DNA of 10,585 nt from Octopus sinensis (lineage: Eukaryota): the NCBI RefSeq assembly GCF_006345805.1, contig NW_021827307.1, positions 1 through 10,585 on the forward strand. The letters are read 5' to 3'. The translations under genes and the position numbers were made by a program. Below, piece by piece: positions 7,853 to 10,585 of this stretch (within the stretch, counting starts at the first letter, position 1; each line of letters begins with the position of its first letter). The notes beneath the pieces were generated by a model. It was not told the origin of the DNA. It saw nothing but the letters and a program-made list of their open reading frames with translations, and did not search any database.

Positions 7853-8598
7853 CATGCACTCTTCGAAGTTAGGGACAACATCCAAATCTCTAATTATATA
7901 CTCTACCACATGAAAAACCATCGGACACGCTATGTAGGTATGATGGAAGGCAATTTTAAACAACGTTACTCCAGTCATAATTTTTTATCTTACAGCGCAG
8001 GAGTGGCTGTGTGGTAAGTAGCTTGCTAACCAACCACATGATTCCGGGTTCAATCCCACTGCGTGGCATCTTGGGCAAGTGTCTTCTGCTATAGCCCCGG
8101 GCCGACCAATGCCTTGTGAGTGGATTTGGTAGACGGAAACTGAAAGAAGCCTGTCGTATATATTATATGTATATATATATATAATATATTTGTATGTGTG
8201 TGTTTGTGTGTCTGTGCATGTTCCCCTAGCATTGATTGACAACCGATGCTGGTGTGTTTACGTCCCCGTCACTTAGCGGTTCGGCAAAAAGATACCGATA
8301 GAATAAGTACTGGGCTTACAAAAAGAATAAGTTCCGGGGTCGAGTTGCTCGACTAAAGGTGGTGCTCCAGCATGGCCGCAGTCAAATGACTGAAACAAGT
8401 AAAAGAGTAAAAGAGTATATCATCAAAGCACATCTAGAATTTAAAATATCATGCAGAAGATCCCAGACCAGTGCGGGCCATATACACCCAGAGTAAAAAA
8501 AAAAATGTGTCTTATGAACAACCAAGAACAATCTCGCATTAAAAAATCATAAACAGCTCTGGAAATTATTTCATTATAAGATCAGACATTTTAAAAAG
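7853..8598 (+). pseudogene. Decayed Penelope-like element GIY-YIG endonuclease remnant, interrupted by a SINE
   Basis: 7931-7978 YVGMMEGNFKQRYSSH resembles the PLE YIG.TE..FK.RY..H motif. After the SINE, frameshifted pieces EFKIS, KIPDQCGPYTPRVKK and EIIS..RHFKK resemble the PLE C-terminal F.I.W.I....PY......C and SE.IS.CRH motifs. Confidence 0.6.
7994..8417 (+). mobile_element. Full-length tRNA-derived CORE-type SINE (octopus OR2-like) with RTE-like 3' tail
   Basis: A-box TGGCTGTGTGG (8004-8014), B-box GGTTCAATCCC (8047-8057), CORE-like CTTGGGCAAG, internal (TA)n/(TG)n, tail GGTGCTCCAGCATGGCCGCAGTCAAATGACTGAAACAA ending in GTAAAAGA repeats. Family and tail assignment are from recall. Confidence 0.9.
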
Positions 8599-8764
8599 TG
8601 TAAACACTTTTATAAGTATACACCAAAACGTGAAAATATACGCAACTGTTGAAAATTTTGTTAATGTCACTTTGTTACTCTACATCTTTTATCTTTATAA
8701 CCAACAGCTGGTGTTGCTGCTATTGTTGTTGTTTAACCTAGGCTAATCAAAGTATAGATCTTTA

Positions 8765-8772
8765 TACACACA

Positions 8773-8817
<45 letters not shown>
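8765..8817. repeat. (CA)n microsatellite
   Basis: Direct inspection. Confidence 0.97.
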
Positions 8818-8818
<1 letters not shown>

Positions 8819-8860
8819 TGCTTTGTTGGAATACTTGGTTTCGAAGCATATAACACGATA

Positions 8861-9071
8861 AATATTGGTATTTTAGCAGAAGGTAACAGGTTCAGGAAAG
8901 GGGTAAAGTCAATTACATCGACCGCACTGTTCAACTGCTACACATTTTATCGAGTCCGAAAGGAAGGAGGCCAAATTCTACCCAAGCAGAATTAGAAATC
9001 AGAACCTACAGACGGACGGATGCTGCTAAGCATTTTCCCCGGTGTAATGATTCTACCACATCGATTGCCTT
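8861..9071 (-). mobile_element. Diverged tRNA-derived SINE, same family as 2822-3055
   Basis: Aligns along its length with 2822-3055 (AAGTC.ATTACATCGA..., TTTATCGA..CCGAAAGGA..., ...GCATTT...GCCTT). Confidence 0.8.
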
Positions 9072-9080
9072 ATAAAAAGC

Positions 9081-9208
9081 TAAAAATATTAGAATGTAAA
9101 TACAGTATTGTAAAACCCTTATGTATATATATATATATATATATATATCTATATATATATATATACATAAGGGTTGTACAATACTGTATTTACATTCTAA
9201 TATTTTTA
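9081..9208. repeat. 128-bp near-perfect palindrome (43-bp unique arms around a (TA)n core); foldback/MITE-like
   Basis: Arms 9081-9123 and 9166-9208 are reverse complements at 42/43 positions (mismatch 9113/9176); the 42-bp centre is (TA)n with one C. Confidence 0.92.
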
Positions 9209-9341
9209 ATTTTATATATATATATATAGAATAGGATATATATATATATGTGTGTATATGTATATAAAATATAAATATAAATATATATATATATATCATA
9301 TATATATTATGCATACATACATACACATATATATATATATA

Positions 9342-9373
<32 letters not shown>

Positions 9374-9382
9374 ATATATATA
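9209..9382. repeat. (TA)n low-complexity tract
   Basis: Direct inspection. Confidence 0.9.
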
Positions 9383-10059
9383 AAACAAGTGCTGTGTTTT
9401 TACTGAGATCTCCCTTTTAGTAGAAAGAATAGCTATAACTCTTTGACTGCTATTTCTAAATTCGGTGTGTGGTGAGGCAATTCGTTGCTAAACCCTTAAT
9501 TGCTTAGTATATATATATATATATATATCCGCACGCACATACACACACGTGCACACGCGGATACTTTCTTAGCCTTACGCACGCGCACTAAATAATCGCT
9601 TGTTTCGAATTCTCAGAGACAGCACTATTTCTGACGATTCAAGATATAAGGGAAAAATAATAAAATAGTACTCTTGAATTTATTGAGCATTATTCTTTAC
9701 TTGCTTTAGTTCTACTCTTTTTCTTGTACTGAGTACAACCATTGTTTCTGTTCATAAACGCTCACACATAAACACACGTACCCACGCACCTGCGTGTACA
9801 CACACATACATACTCACACACACACATTTATATATGCTCGTGCACATGTATGTATAGAGATTATATATAAATAATGCAGCAGTTGTGTTCAAACCCCGTG
9901 AGTATATAATGAATGCTTTCGATGTATGATATATATATCTATATGATAATGAGTTCCAGGTACGTACGTATCAGTTATATACATATACACACTGGCTCTG
10001 TTTTACTCCAATTAATCACCCATATGGAAGACAAAACAAAGCAGAAAATAAAAAGACAT

Positions 10060-10189
10060 ATGTTATATATATAGATAATAATCTATATATATTATATAAA
10101 TATATATATTATATATATATATATAATATATACGATATAATATATATACAATCATACATATACACACACACAACACCACACACACACAC

Positions 10190-10221
<32 letters not shown>

Positions 10222-10366
10222 ACCCGCTCATATATATGTGAGCATATGTGTGTGTATTATATATATATATCCATACACACACCACACATATATGTATGTA
10301 TATGTGTGTACATTATATTTTTATGTATACATACATATGTGTATATGTAGGTATATGTACATAGAT

Positions 10367-10428
<62 letters not shown>

Positions 10429-10475
10429 ATATATGTACGTATGTATGTATGTACGTATTTATGTTGTATGTATGC
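10060..10475. repeat. Compound (TA)n/(CA)n/(TATG)n microsatellite
   Basis: Direct inspection. Confidence 0.93.
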
Positions 10476-10566
10476 ATGTTTGTAAAGGAAAACCCCGAAA
10501 GTTTACATTTACCATTTACCCCCCATTGTAAATCTCCAGGGATTATCTTCTGAAGGAGAAGGCAAC

Positions 10567-10585
10567 GACTTCTGAAGAAGGACTA
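10567..10585 (+). ncRNA. Possible 5' half of another hammerhead motif, cut by the window edge
   Basis: GACTT-CTGAAGA-A-GGACTA...: core at 10572-10578 plus an extra A and a GG-starting stem II, as in PLE-type hammerheads. The 3' half is not visible. Confidence 0.3.

Noticed and set aside
7994-8070. tRNA-like A/B boxes as a tRNA gene (also 1520-1598, 2975-3055, 5885-5965)
   Set aside because: No cloverleaf or acceptor stem; they continue into SINE bodies.
9624-9670. ACTATTT-CTGACGA...GAAA...AAATAGT hammerhead-like arrangement
   Set aside because: Stem I is plausible but stem II is only weak G-U pairs, stem III is 1 bp and non-palindromic, and stronger alternative hairpins exist.
10502-10585. 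Possible splice acceptor (CTCCAG at 10534-10539) and exon start DYLLKEKATTSEEGL
   Set aside because: Too short, truncated by the window edge and unrecognised; competes with the hammerhead interpretation.

Overview
Non-coding, AT-rich, microsatellite-dense eukaryotic DNA. The SINE families and repeat landscape look like an octopus/coleoid cephalopod genome (recognised from memory, not from a database search). I can support no host protein-coding gene, RNA gene or CRISPR array; most supplied ORFs are microsatellite read-throughs. The window is a stack of mobile-element relics: two tRNA-derived SINE families (4 substantial copies plus 2 fragments), a decayed internally deleted mariner, a 5'-truncated R4/Dong-type RLE retrotransposon in (TAA)n followed by a 544-bp structured non-coding module, a decayed Penelope-like GIY-YIG remnant split by a SINE, a tiny inverted-repeat element and a 128-bp near-perfect palindrome. 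The most notable signal is a complete minimal type I hammerhead ribozyme (1212-1262, +) with a palindromic stem III. It lies in a 331-bp insert that splits a SINE at its (TA)n tract, and the insert carries a decayed opposite-strand hammerhead. Three further degenerate or truncated hammerhead-like motifs occur at 699-762, 6687-6724 and 10567-10585.
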